From positions 6,336,001 to 6,400,000 of the forward strand of contig OZ240241.1 of the NCBI GenBank assembly GCA_965198115.1: a DNA stretch of 64,000 nt, read 5' to 3'. The notes below the pieces were generated by a model, which was not told where the DNA came from, did not search any database, and saw nothing but the letters and a program-made list of their open reading frames with translations. The DNA is from Candidatus Latescibacterota bacterium. Lineage in GTDB: Bacteria; Latescibacterota; UBA2968. Position numbers and translations under genes: made by a program. This document shows, one piece after another, positions 53,874-63,372 of this stretch (positions are counted from its first letter, which is position 1; each line of letters opens with the position of its first letter).

Positions 53874-55044
53874 TAGCGTTCACGTCCCAGGAATAACTAG
53901 AAAAATATTCGATTCTGTCGTATGGTTCCTCAAGCACTCATTCTTGGGAGGAACCGATGGCTAGAGGTCGTCCGTTACAGCCACTGAACATCAGTGATGA
54001 GGTCCACGATCAACTCGAGTCATTGTCTCGTTCGCGTAGCATGTCTCACGCTTTGGTGCGTCGCGCGAAGATCGTCTTGATGAGCGATTGCGGTCTGACC
54101 AATCAGGAGATCGCGGAACGAGTCGGGTTGTCCGGAGCGTCTGTCGGCAAGTGGCGTCGTCGCTTCTGCGAGCAAGGCTTGATGGGACTGTATGACGAAT
54201 TGCGTCCTGGAGGGCCACGGTCGGTCAGCGACGAAGAGATCTCCTCCCTCATCTACAAGACGCTCAAGAAGCAACCGAAGGGTGCCACCCACTGGACCTG
54301 TCGTTCGATGGCCGACGAGACGGGGCTCTCCAAGTCCTCGGTTCAACGTGTATGGAAAGCTTTTGGACTGCAACCGCATCGACAGAAGCACTTCAAACTG
54401 TCGAACGATCCCTTCTTCGTCGAGAAAGTCAGGGATATCGTCGGTCTATACCTGAACCCACCGGACAACGCGATGGTGCTCTGTGTAGACGAGAAGAGCC
54501 AGATTCAAGCACTCGAACGGACACAACCGATTCTTCCTTTGGGTCTCGGATACGTCGAGGGCGTCACTCACAGCTATATCCGGAACGGCACGACCACCCT
54601 CTTTGCAGCGCTCAACATCGCATCCGGCAAAGTTCTGACTCAGTGCAAGCCCAGACACCGCAACAAAGAGTTCCTTCAGTTCCTCAAGCACATCGACAAG
54701 AACGTCCCAAAGGATCTCGACATCCATCTGGTCGTCGATAATTACGGCACGCACAAGCACCCGAACGTCAAGCGTTGGCTCGCCTCACGGAAACGATATC
54801 ACGTGCACTACACACCAACATATGCCTCCTGGCTGAACCAGGTAGAGATCTGGTTCGGTATCATCACCCAAAGAGCCATTCGACGAGGCACCTTCAGAAG
54901 CGTCAAGGACCTGATCGCCTGCATCAAGAAATTCACTGATCACTACAACGAGAATTCTACACCCTTCGTCTGGACCGCCACGGCAGATTCAATCCTCGAG
55001 AAAGTCCATAAACTTTTGAAGCTTATACGCGGGACGTGACAGTA
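53874..55044 (+). mobile_element. IS630-family element (transposase 53957..55039)
   Basis: CVDEKSQIQAL, VVDNYGTH, ASWLNQVE; TIR core TCACGTCCC; TA at both ends. Confidence 0.95.
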
Positions 55045-55046
55045 GC

Positions 55047-55890
55047 GTGCCGAGTCTGAACGCTGCGCAGCTTGCTGAGTTTTCGGAACAGGGCTACCTG
55101 CTGCTGGAAGATCTGATTCCAGACGAAACTTTCGGACCTGTCATTGCTGACATAGAAGAGGGGATCGAGCGAGGAGCACTGGCGGCGTCACAGGAGCGAA
55201 GGATTCAGAAAACGTTCTCTGGAGAACCGTTCGATCGACGTTTCGCCTTGATCGAAGAGGAGTTCGGTGAGGCCGCACGTCGGTCGACACGTTCTCTTGA
55301 AGCGTCTGAAGACGGCGGGAATGTTCGGCCTGATGACCCATCCCGTTCTCCTCGATCTGGTCGAATCGATGATCGGGCCGGAGATCCTCTCTCATCCACA
55401 GTTCAACTGTCAGGCGAAGATGCCCAACGAAGAGATCTCGAAGGTTCGCTGGCACCAGGACCTCGTATACCTGGATTCCGACGCAGAAGAAACGCCCATG
55501 GTGAACCTCTGGATTCCCCTCGTCGACGCGACGGAGGTAAACGGGTGCCTGGAGGTCATTTCCGGAAGCCACAAGACTGGCCTGAAACCTCACGGAAGGC
55601 TGAGTGCCACCGGGAGACTCGACATTTCCGACGAACATCTGCCAACGGGACACATCGCCGTCTGTCCGGTCAGACGAGGCGGTGTGATCGTCTTCTATCC
55701 CCGACTCGTGCATCGGTCAGGTCCGAATCGGTCCGAAAAGATTCGATGGAGCATCGACATCCGGTACTCCGATGCTGATATGCCGACCGGACGAGAGAGA
55801 GTACCCGGGTTTCTTGCCCGCAGCACGAAACGTCCTGCCGAAGTCGCCACCAGTCATCTGGACTGGCTGAAACTGATCGAAAAGGCCTAG
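55047..55890 (+). CDS. PhyH-family dioxygenase (frameshift near 55265)
   Basis: QGYLLLEDL, WHQD, GCLEVISGSH, HRSGPNRS. Confidence 0.82.
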
Positions 55891-55941
55891 GCGACAAGCC
55901 TCGACAAACGCGGATGCCAGGCCGTAGCCTTGGGGCTTGGC

Positions 55942-55992
55942 GCTCGATTCCCTTGTCAGGCTACGTGAGAACGCGGTCTTCTTCTTATCCGC
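55942..55992 (+). repeat. oriIS-like repeat, family 1 copy 4 (variant)
   Basis: GCTCGATTCCCTTGTCAGGCTACGTGAGAACGC...TTCTTATCCGC. Confidence 0.8.
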
Positions 55993-56034
55993 TCGAGGCG
56001 TCAGTCGATGCCGAATGATGACGGGCGGATTTCA

Positions 56035-57159
56035 TCACACCCAGCTGGCGATGAAGTCCTCGAAGTCCAAATCCTGCGGCATTTCGTAGAAGTAGTATTT
56101 CATCGGCGGGTTCTGAAAAAGAGGTTCGTACTGCTCCTCATCGGCAGTTAGTGCTTCTTCCAGTCTGCTGAATCGGTCCCACAACAGATCGAGCTCCTCG
56201 GGGGAAAACCGCGCCCCCAGCTCCTTGACGGTGCCAGTGTTTCGCTGGTCGTCACTATTCTTGTGCGTGCGGATCGTCTGCGCGATTCGAGCCAGCACGA
56301 CCACGGACGTCATGCGGGCATCCGGGCTGGCGTGCACGCGGTCGAATGCGTTTTTGAAAGCCAGTTCGTCCCTATCGATCATCCCCTGGAAAACGGCTTC
56401 GATCCGGTCGAGTCGTTCGGCGTACAGCCTGGCGAACTCTTCGCACTGCACGGTAGACTTGGCAGAGAGGTTCTTGACAAAATCAGCGCCAATCGTCTGC
56501 GGCATGAAATGGGCGAAGTTGTGATTTCCGTGGTTATGATAACCCCCGTGATACGTGCGCCGTTTGATATCGCCGTTAGGGCTGGCGCTGTGCAGAAAGC
56601 AGTTGATGTAGACCGCTCCGTCTCCGGCTTTGAGATCCACCTGCGTTGCACCGGGCAGCGGCACGACCCCCATTTTCCGTTCGATCTTGCTCTCCTCGGC
56701 GTTGTTGCGCCGCCGATGGCTCCCCGGAATGATGTGCAGAAAGTCGTCGTCGTAGAGGGCGATGTGCCATTGCAGGTACGGGGGGCCGTTCGACAGGATG
56801 TCCTCCTGCAGACCGTCGAGCGGGGCCATGTCGATCGGATGGATATCTCGGTGCCATCCGGTACTCGAGCTGACCAGGACCCACATCCCCGACGGTGTCA
56901 CCGCGGGCGCGCCCATCAGATCGCGACTGAAGCCGAGCGTTCTCTCGTCGAAGAAAAACTCGACGGCGTTTGCCGTTTCGGGCTCCACCCATTCGGTGGT
57001 GTCGACGCGACTCTGCACACCCGCCTCGGTTGCCCGTTCAACGATGCGATCGACGCTGGCGCGAAGCTGCTCCAGCTCATCAGCCGGAATCATGTCGCGG
57101 ACCAGGACGAACCCGGCTTCCATGAGTTGCTCGCGCTGCTCCTCGATAGTTGTCTGCAT
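56035..57159 (-). CDS. PhyH-like dioxygenase
   Basis: GFVLVRD, WHRD, IIPGSHRR, LKAGD. Confidence 0.8.
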   Translation of the reverse strand: MQTTIEEQREQLMEAGFVLVRDMIPADELEQLRASVDRIVERATEAGVQSRVDTTEWVEPETANAVEFFFDERTLGFSRDLMGAPAVTPSGMWVLVSSSTGWHRDIHPIDMAPLDGLQEDILSNGPPYLQWHIALYDDDFLHIIPGSHRRRNNAEESKIERKMGVVPLPGATQVDLKAGDGAVYINCFLHSASPNGDIKRRTYHGGYHNHGNHNFAHFMPQTIGADFVKNLSAKSTVQCEEFARLYAERLDRIEAVFQGMIDRDELAFKNAFDRVHASPDARMTSVVVLARIAQTIRTHKNSDDQRNTGTVKELGARFSPEELDLLWDRFSRLEEALTADEEQYEPLFQNPPMKYYFYEMPQDLDFEDFIASWV

Positions 57160-57172
57160 GTTATCTCCGTCA

Positions 57173-57291
57173 GAACAGTAAGGTCGGCATAAACGCTTCT
57201 ACATTGAAGAGTGAGAATAGAGCATTGATCCTCGTTGGATGGCCTTCATGCTTCTCAATTCCCACGTGTTCTATTTTCACATCTTCTATGC
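57173..57291 (+). mobile_element. Miniature IS91-like element (family 2, copy B; left end uncertain)
   Basis: Ends TTTTCACATCTTCTATGC followed by CAAG; degenerate inner inverted repeat from 57202. Confidence 0.55.
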
Positions 57292-57348
57292 CAAGGGGCG
57301 CACGAATCCGCGCGATCTGGCGATGGCTGCCCGGCCGCGTCAGCCCCG

Positions 57349-58362
57349 TCACCTCGAGGCGTAGAGATCGGGACGGTCGGGGACAGAAACCGATTCCGGA
57401 GCGCCAGAACGGAAGGATCGCTTGCACGCGTCAGCGACGATGAGCGAAGTATAGCCGTCCCAGGCGGTCGGGCCGCTCGCAGATGGCAGACCGGCAACCC
57501 ACGATTGCGCTTCCCGGGCATATGCCTCGCCGAAGCGATCCAGGAAGTGGGTGTCGATCGCCTGCGTGAGACCGCCCCGGTTTCGGACGAGCGGCCGAGC
57601 AACCGGCGACGTGGTGATTTGACCGGATGCGCCCGTGATCTCCACGGCGACTTCGTAGCCGTAGCCCGATTCAGAATTGACCTGGATTATCCCCAGCGCG
57701 CCGCTTCGGAAAGTGAGATGGAGCACCAGGAGCCTGCAGGTCTCGTGTCGATCCACGGCGTGGGGGATATGCCTGGTGTAGACCTCCACGATTTCTTCAC
57801 CCACGAGCCAGTGCGCGGAGTGGATGTCGTGGATGGCGGAGTTCGTGATGACGTCGTCGATATGTCGTGCCACGCCCTTCGACGGCGACGGATTGTAGTG
57901 AAAGCCGCGGAACAGGAGCGGTGAGCCCACGTCAGCGAGTGCGGCTTTGAGGTCCTGGTGCGCCTGATCGTACTCGCGCATGAAGCCGACCTGGACGAGC
58001 GTGCGGCCCAGCTCGACTTCTCTCCGGAAGATGGCCTCGGCATCCGATGCGTTCGTGGCGAGCGGCTTCTCGCACAGCACGGGCTTACCAGCGTCCAGAC
58101 AGGCCTGAACGAGCTCCGCGTGAAAAGCGTCCGGAGCGGCGATGACAACGGCGTCGACAGACGCGTCCGCGATGAGAGCCTGACCGTCGGCAAACGTCCG
58201 CGATCCGGCGCATTCTGTTGCCATCTTTGCGAGTCGGGCTTCGTCCTTGTCCATCAGCGCGACGACTGACGCTCCCGCCACGTGTCGGGAGAAGTTGACG
58301 GCGTGTCGTCCTCCCATGTCTCCCACTCCGATCACGCCGATGTTAACCGTTCCGTTGCTCAT
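57349..58362 (-). CDS. Myo-inositol 2-dehydrogenase-like Gfo/Idh/MocA oxidoreductase
   Basis: IGVIGVGDMG, LCEKPLA, VQVGFMREYD, SAIHDIH, YGYEV, GPTAWDGY. Confidence 0.88.
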   Translation of the reverse strand: MSNGTVNIGVIGVGDMGGRHAVNFSRHVAGASVVALMDKDEARLAKMATECAGSRTFADGQALIADASVDAVVIAAPDAFHAELVQACLDAGKPVLCEKPLATNASDAEAIFRREVELGRTLVQVGFMREYDQAHQDLKAALADVGSPLLFRGFHYNPSPSKGVARHIDDVITNSAIHDIHSAHWLVGEEIVEVYTRHIPHAVDRHETCRLLVLHLTFRSGALGIIQVNSESGYGYEVAVEITGASGQITTSPVARPLVRNRGGLTQAIDTHFLDRFGEAYAREAQSWVAGLPSASGPTAWDGYTSLIVADACKRSFRSGAPESVSVPDRPDLYASR

Positions 58363-58387
58363 ACAATCCTCTCTCGTCGAGCAGACA

Positions 58388-58566
58388 GCCCCTCATTAGG
58401 CTGGCGCACCCCCCGCTCCCCGTCCTCCCACCTTCGCTGTACAGCTTCGGCGGGCACGGCCGTAGCAGTGCTACTGCGGAGGGTGGACTGCTGGGGTGGA
58501 CGCCCAAACCCGAGCTCGATTCCCTTGTCAGGCTACGTGAGAACGCCGTTTATTCTTCCTATCCGC
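58388..58566 (+). repeat. oriIS-like repeat, family 1 copy 5, with ~82 bp nested palindromic insertion
   Basis: Matches 23500-23596 except for an insert at 58419-58500. Confidence 0.85.
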
Positions 58567-58677
58567 AGTGACAGAACGACTGTAGGATCGGAAATCTGAG
58601 ATTGGAAATCGGGGATGGGAGAGCTGTTCTTGAATCCGATCGTGTCTTAAATAATGCGCCTGCCGATCGACGGGCGA

Positions 58678-59098
58678 CTACTTCTTGACCTGCATCAACT
58701 CGATGCTGACGCCATCCGGGCCTGCGAGGTAGCAGATCGTGTTACCTGGCGAGAACTCCCACGGCTCGACGGTTAGCCTGACGCCCTTGATCGTAGTTCC
58801 TCACAAAAGGCCTTCAATCGCCGTGATACGTGAAGGCGAAATGGTCGACGCCGTATTCGTTATGACTGGCATAGTCCTCGAAGTTCTGCATTGGTGGGGG
58901 ATCGGCCGGTTTCTCCCCGGTTCGAACGCCACGGATCAGGATCGTCAGCCCACCCAGGTTGATGGTGATCTGGGGTGCGTTCCTCAGGTCGATTTCTCCG
59001 ACAATCGACGCACGGAGTTTTTCCTCGTACCACTTTGCGGATTCGTGTGGGTCGTCACTGATGATGTGGATATGATGAAAGTTTAAATTGTCGCTCAT
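58678..59098 (-). CDS. VOC/glyoxalase protein (frameshift near 58810)
   Basis: FHHIHI, GVDHFAF, AGPDGVSIELMQ; GGAGG RBS. Confidence 0.8.
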
Positions 59099-59203
59099 TA
59101 TTAACCTCCGACAACCTCAGCCCCGCTTGAATTCGGTTGTGAGGCTACGTGTTTTACGTAGAGGAAGACGACTAAACGCATAAGCGACCGAAAGGAGTGA
59201 ACT

Positions 59204-60166
59204 ATGGCTTTCAAATACACGCTGGTTTGCGACACCCTGCCCTGGGCCGGCTACAACGTGCTGGAAATGCCAGACGAAGTCCTCACGGCCGCCAAGGCGG
59301 TTGGTTACGATGGCGTCGACCTGCCCGGCGATCCGACGAAGATGGATGGGAAGGAATGGCGCGACCGGGTCGCCGCCGCGGGACTGGCAGTGCCCGAGAT
59401 CTTGGGCGCGTGGGGCTATTATCACGCCGGGGAAGAACGCCTGCTGGCCAGCCCAGACAAGGCTATCCGCAAGCGCGCGGTCGATTACGCGCTGGCCACT
59501 GTCGATCTGGCGGTCGATATCGGGGCGCAGTACATGGAGCTGTGCGCGGCGCAGCCGGCGGTGCCTCAACTGCCCTTCCCGGTCGAGCCGATCCCGGCAC
59601 TGCGCAAGGCCTTCCGCCAGTCGATTGCCGAGATCTGCGATCACGCTGGCGCCAAAGGCCTGACGATTCTGCTGGAGCCGCTCAACTGCTACGAGGGCCT
59701 GCCCGGGGTGCTGACCACGCTCTACGAGGCGATGAACTACTGCGACGAACTGGGCTTCGACAATTTGGGCATCCAGCCCGACATCTACCACATGAATATC
59801 GAGGAGGGCTCTATCCTCGACGCGGTGCGCGCCGCCGGGCCGCGCATCAAGCACTTCCACCTCAACGAGACCAACCACGGCTTCCACGGCAGCGGCCACG
59901 GGGACTACCAGGGCGTCATGCGCATCCTCAAGGCCATCGGCTACGATGGCTATCTCGCGACCTATCTGCCGCTGATCAGCCAGGAAATTCTGATGAGCGC
60001 GCCAGGCAGCGTCACTTATGCCACCACGCCCAAGAGCGCGACCGACGCCGCGCGGCCGGATCTGCAGGCGGTGCTGGAGCAGATGTTGAATTTTCTGAAG
60101 TCGGTGGAAAAGGCCGTCGACACCTCGCGCGATTTCTACGAGGTCGGGGGGTTCAGGGGAGATTGA
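59204..60166 (+). CDS. Sugar phosphate isomerase/epimerase (xylose-isomerase-like TIM barrel)
   Basis: LLEPLNCYE, DIYHMNIEE, HFHLNETN, IGYDG. Confidence 0.88.
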   Translation: MAFKYTLVCDTLPWAGYNVLEMPDEVLTAAKAVGYDGVDLPGDPTKMDGKEWRDRVAAAGLAVPEILGAWGYYHAGEERLLASPDKAIRKRAVDYALATVDLAVDIGAQYMELCAAQPAVPQLPFPVEPIPALRKAFRQSIAEICDHAGAKGLTILLEPLNCYEGLPGVLTTLYEAMNYCDELGFDNLGIQPDIYHMNIEEGSILDAVRAAGPRIKHFHLNETNHGFHGSGHGDYQGVMRILKAIGYDGYLATYLPLISQEILMSAPGSVTYATTPKSATDAARPDLQAVLEQMLNFLKSVEKAVDTSRDFYEVGGFRGD

Positions 60167-60180
60167 CGTGCCCGTTTTGA

Positions 60181-62454
60181 ATGGCGCGGAGCAGTGATGG
60201 TGACACGATGACAATGTCCAGGGACGATGTGAAAGGGCTCGATGTCGCCCGACAGTTCTTCGGTGAGTGGGGACTCCCCTACCTTCGATCGGAGTTCCCC
60301 GAGATCTCTGAGCGGATCGCGGCCTTTCTCTGTGGGGGCTCCCAGAGCTTGGGCAATGACGATGAGGCCTCTCGGGATCACGGGTGGGGTCCCGGTTTCG
60401 GAATGGTGCTCACCGGGGAGGATATGAAACGCTACGGGCAGAAGCTGAGGAATCGTCTTAAGGAGGATGCACCGAACAACTGGCACGGCTATCGATGGAG
60501 GACCGAGGCGAACGTGCCCGTCGACTCAATCAACCCGTGGTTCAAAAGCAACATCGGGTGCTCCCATCCACCTGGATCTGCCGACGCGTGGCTCGACAGA
60601 ACGCGGGAGATCAACCTCTATATGCTTCGCGACGCCACGATCTTCCACGACCCGTTGGGTGAGTTCACCGCCCGTCGGCGCAGCTTCCACGTCTATCCGG
60701 ATCGCGCGTGGCTAAGGGTTCGGAATAAATAAACGGTCGATCTCAATGTTGAGCCATTGGCCGGATCGTGTAGTTCCAGTCGCCGTGGAAATCGTGCGGA
60801 GTGAGATCGATTTGGGTCATCTGTTCATCGGTCACCTTGACCCCGTTAGGGTAGGGTCGCTTGTCGATCTCGGAGCGTACTCGGAGACCGGCTTGAGTGG
60901 TCGTTCCGGCAATGAGATTCACGGTTGCAGCCAGGCTGACCAGGGGCTTGCCTCGCCAGTTCATAGCGATGAAGGAGAACAGGCGATGTTCGATCTTGTT
61001 CCACTTACTAGTGCCAGGAGGGTAGTGGCATACGGTGATCGTCAGGCCAGTGCGATTCGCAAAGCGCTGCAGCTCCCACTTCCACAGCCGCGTCTTGGCG
61101 CCGTTGCTGCCGCCTGCGTCCGCCGTGATTAGCAGATGCGTCGAAGTGCCGTAGGCGGGCCGTCCCATGTTCTTCCACCAACTTCGGATCGCATTCACGG
61201 CGAAGCTGGCCGTGTCGTGATCGATACCGACACTTACCCAGCCTTCATCACGGCTCAGATCATACACTCCATAAGGGATCGCCTTGCCCTGAGCAGGCAC
61301 TATGAAATCGTGTACCTTCACACGCTCCGGGTCTCCCTTGGGTCGCCATTCTCGGCCAGGATTCTTGAAGTCGCCGATCAACTCTTTCTTCTTGGTGTCC
61401 ACCGAGATAACGGGAAGGCCCTGCTGCTGCTGCTGGCTAATCCGATCATCGAGGTAAACGAACTGAGCGTCCCGATCCGGGTGTGCAGATCCCTCCCTTG
61501 TCTTCCGATTCGCCTGCAGCGTGTAATCGTGTTCGTGCAGGAGATTGGCAACGATCCTGGGGCTCACCGAATGCCCCATCGCTTGCAACTCGGCGGCCAG
61601 TTTGCGAGTGCTCTTCGATGTCCATCTCAGAGGATTGTCGTCAGGCGACCCCGCAGTCGTTGGCTCGACCAGATCATTCAGGTCCTGCCACAGCGTCGGG
61701 TCCGTGTCGGCCTTCCGCTTACGACCGCCGCCTGGACGCCGGATGCGAGCCGGGTCCAAAGGTTCGTCCGACCTCAACTCCTGAATGCCACGAAAGATCC
61801 GCTCTCTGGACATTCCTGTCGCCAGAGCCACAATCGCGATCCCACCGTGACCCAACGCTTCGGCTTCCGTGGCGGCCCACAGACGACGCGTGCGTTCCGT
61901 CAGCACCGGAGCCAAGGCTTCATACTTCGTTCGGAGAGTTTCGACGTCCACACTCCGAGCGTAAGATCATTACCTTGAAAAGTGCAGCACTTATTTCGTG
62001 GCAAACCCTAAGGCGCATCCGGGGCGAGCTCTACAACGTCTGGCATCACGGACAATACAACTTCCCACGTACTGTGAAGAGAGACGACCCTATCGCGATC
62101 GCAGTGGGTCACGGCATCTTCGTTCAGTCCGCCATGAAGCTCTGCCTGATCCTGGCAAAGGACTATGCCCCGTACTGGAAGTGGGTGGCCGCGGAATTCA
62201 GGAAGAGATCGGAGAACGAAGAGATCGACCAGGAACTTACCGAGTTGACGTCGATCCTGGATCGAGCAAGACAGGTTGAACTGGTCGATTCAATCTGCGA
62301 GAAGCTGCGGGCCCGCATCCTCGCGACGGGAATCGAACGACAGGCAGTGGACTCAAATCTCGACCTCGAGACCAAACGGCAACGTCCACCAAAGCGAAGG
62401 CCGCGAGACGTCCATCGGCGTATTCCCATATTTGGGCATTCTGTTCCAGGTTGA
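60181..62454 (+). pseudogene. DUF4037-domain nucleotidyltransferase-like gene split by ISAzo13
   Basis: GSQSLGNDDEASRDHGWGP and APYWKW; empty site restores AWLRRIRGELYNVWH. Confidence 0.8.
60716..62008 (-). mobile_element. ISAzo13-family element (transposase 60743..61951)
   Basis: ISVDTKKKE, ITADAGGSNG, PPGTSKWNKIEHRLF; GGGTT..AAATAA TIRs; TAA TSD. Confidence 0.95.
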
Positions 62455-62626
62455 AGCTCGGCGGAGTGAATTGTGAGCCAGGGGTGAGAATGAATCGAAG
62501 GATGAACGGTAAAAGCAGATCGATGGTTCCTTCCCGCCGGCGAGTAAGGAGCAAGTCAATAACTCTCACCAGATCCGCGTTACGATAGCTCCTGGGCACA
62601 TACTTCACGCCAAGGCCTCCGCTCAT
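62380..62626 (-). pseudogene. Truncated GNAT-like cassette gene
   Basis: ATG ~35 nt after GTTAGAT core; NAQIWEYADGRLAAFA; runs into the DUF4037 3' end. Confidence 0.4.
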
Positions 62627-62662
62627 TCGTTCTTACGCGCCACTTTATCCTGGGCAGCTTTC

Positions 62663-62751
62663 ATCTAACGTTTTGGCCACTGGCGACGCCCGCCGAAGGC
62701 GGGTGTTCACGGAGGCGCGAAGCGCCGGAGCCGCCAGTGGACCTGTTAGCT
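62663..62751 (-). other. attC-like integron site
   Basis: Minus strand AGCTAAC..CCACTGGCG...CGCCAGTGG..GTTAGAT, 89 bp. Confidence 0.6.
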
Positions 62752-62908
62752 GAAGTCGTCGCCCACCGTGCTGGTCTGGTTAGGAGGCCGACCGCCTTAC
62801 GCCTGTCGGCGGTCAGCCGCAGCGAGTCGCCGCCACACGCGCACCCTGGCGTCAAACCAACTTCCCCCACAGCACCCGAGCCGACGCCGTCCCGCCAATC
62901 GCGGATCT

Positions 62909-63091
62909 CTAGGCTTTCTTGTTTGCGCGGGCCGCCCCAAACGCTGCACCGAACGCGACGCCCAGGGCCACTCCCACGCCGACGTTGCCGAAGGCCGCTC
63001 CTAGTGCCGCTCCCAAAGCCACACCGAGGCCTACGCCGGTGCCAACCGCCGTCCCACGCTTGCTATCGTCCTGCCGAATGTCTTTCTCCAT
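62909..63091 (-). CDS. Small Gly-zipper membrane protein (cassette gene)
   Basis: GxxxG repeats GTGVGLGVALGAALG...; GAGGGA RBS. Confidence 0.7.
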   Translation of the reverse strand: MEKDIRQDDSKRGTAVGTGVGLGVALGAALGAAFGNVGVGVALGVAFGAAFGAARANKKA

Positions 63092-63181
63092 AAGTCCCTC
63101 AATATCGCTGGCCGACCCAAGTAGCAGTAACCCCAGGCGCGTGCTTCCATTCTCCCTACTGCACCATCGCGCTCAAACGAT

Positions 63182-63300
63182 TTCAGCTAACAATGTATCT
63201 GCGCCGTACGTCGCAGATTCGCTTTCAAGCAGCGTATTCGCGAATTGTAAGTTGCTTTGTGCGACGAATATAGTGACGCCCTTACGTCAACACGCTTCTG
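63182..63300 (-). other. attI-like site or cassette start core site
   Basis: ATACATT-GTTAGCTGAA core in AT-richer non-coding DNA, complementary to the inverse core at 62745-62754. Confidence 0.45.
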
Positions 63301-63372
63301 AATATGAGACAGGCTGTCAACCGCGGTCAGGTTCGCACCACCGGCCCATCCGTCTGCTGATCCTCAATGTCT

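Noticed and set aside
23527-58566. Repeats as a CRISPR array or tRNA-derived att sites
   Set aside because: Spacing is irregular (1.2-20 kb), there are no cas genes, no tRNA fold and no CCA end.
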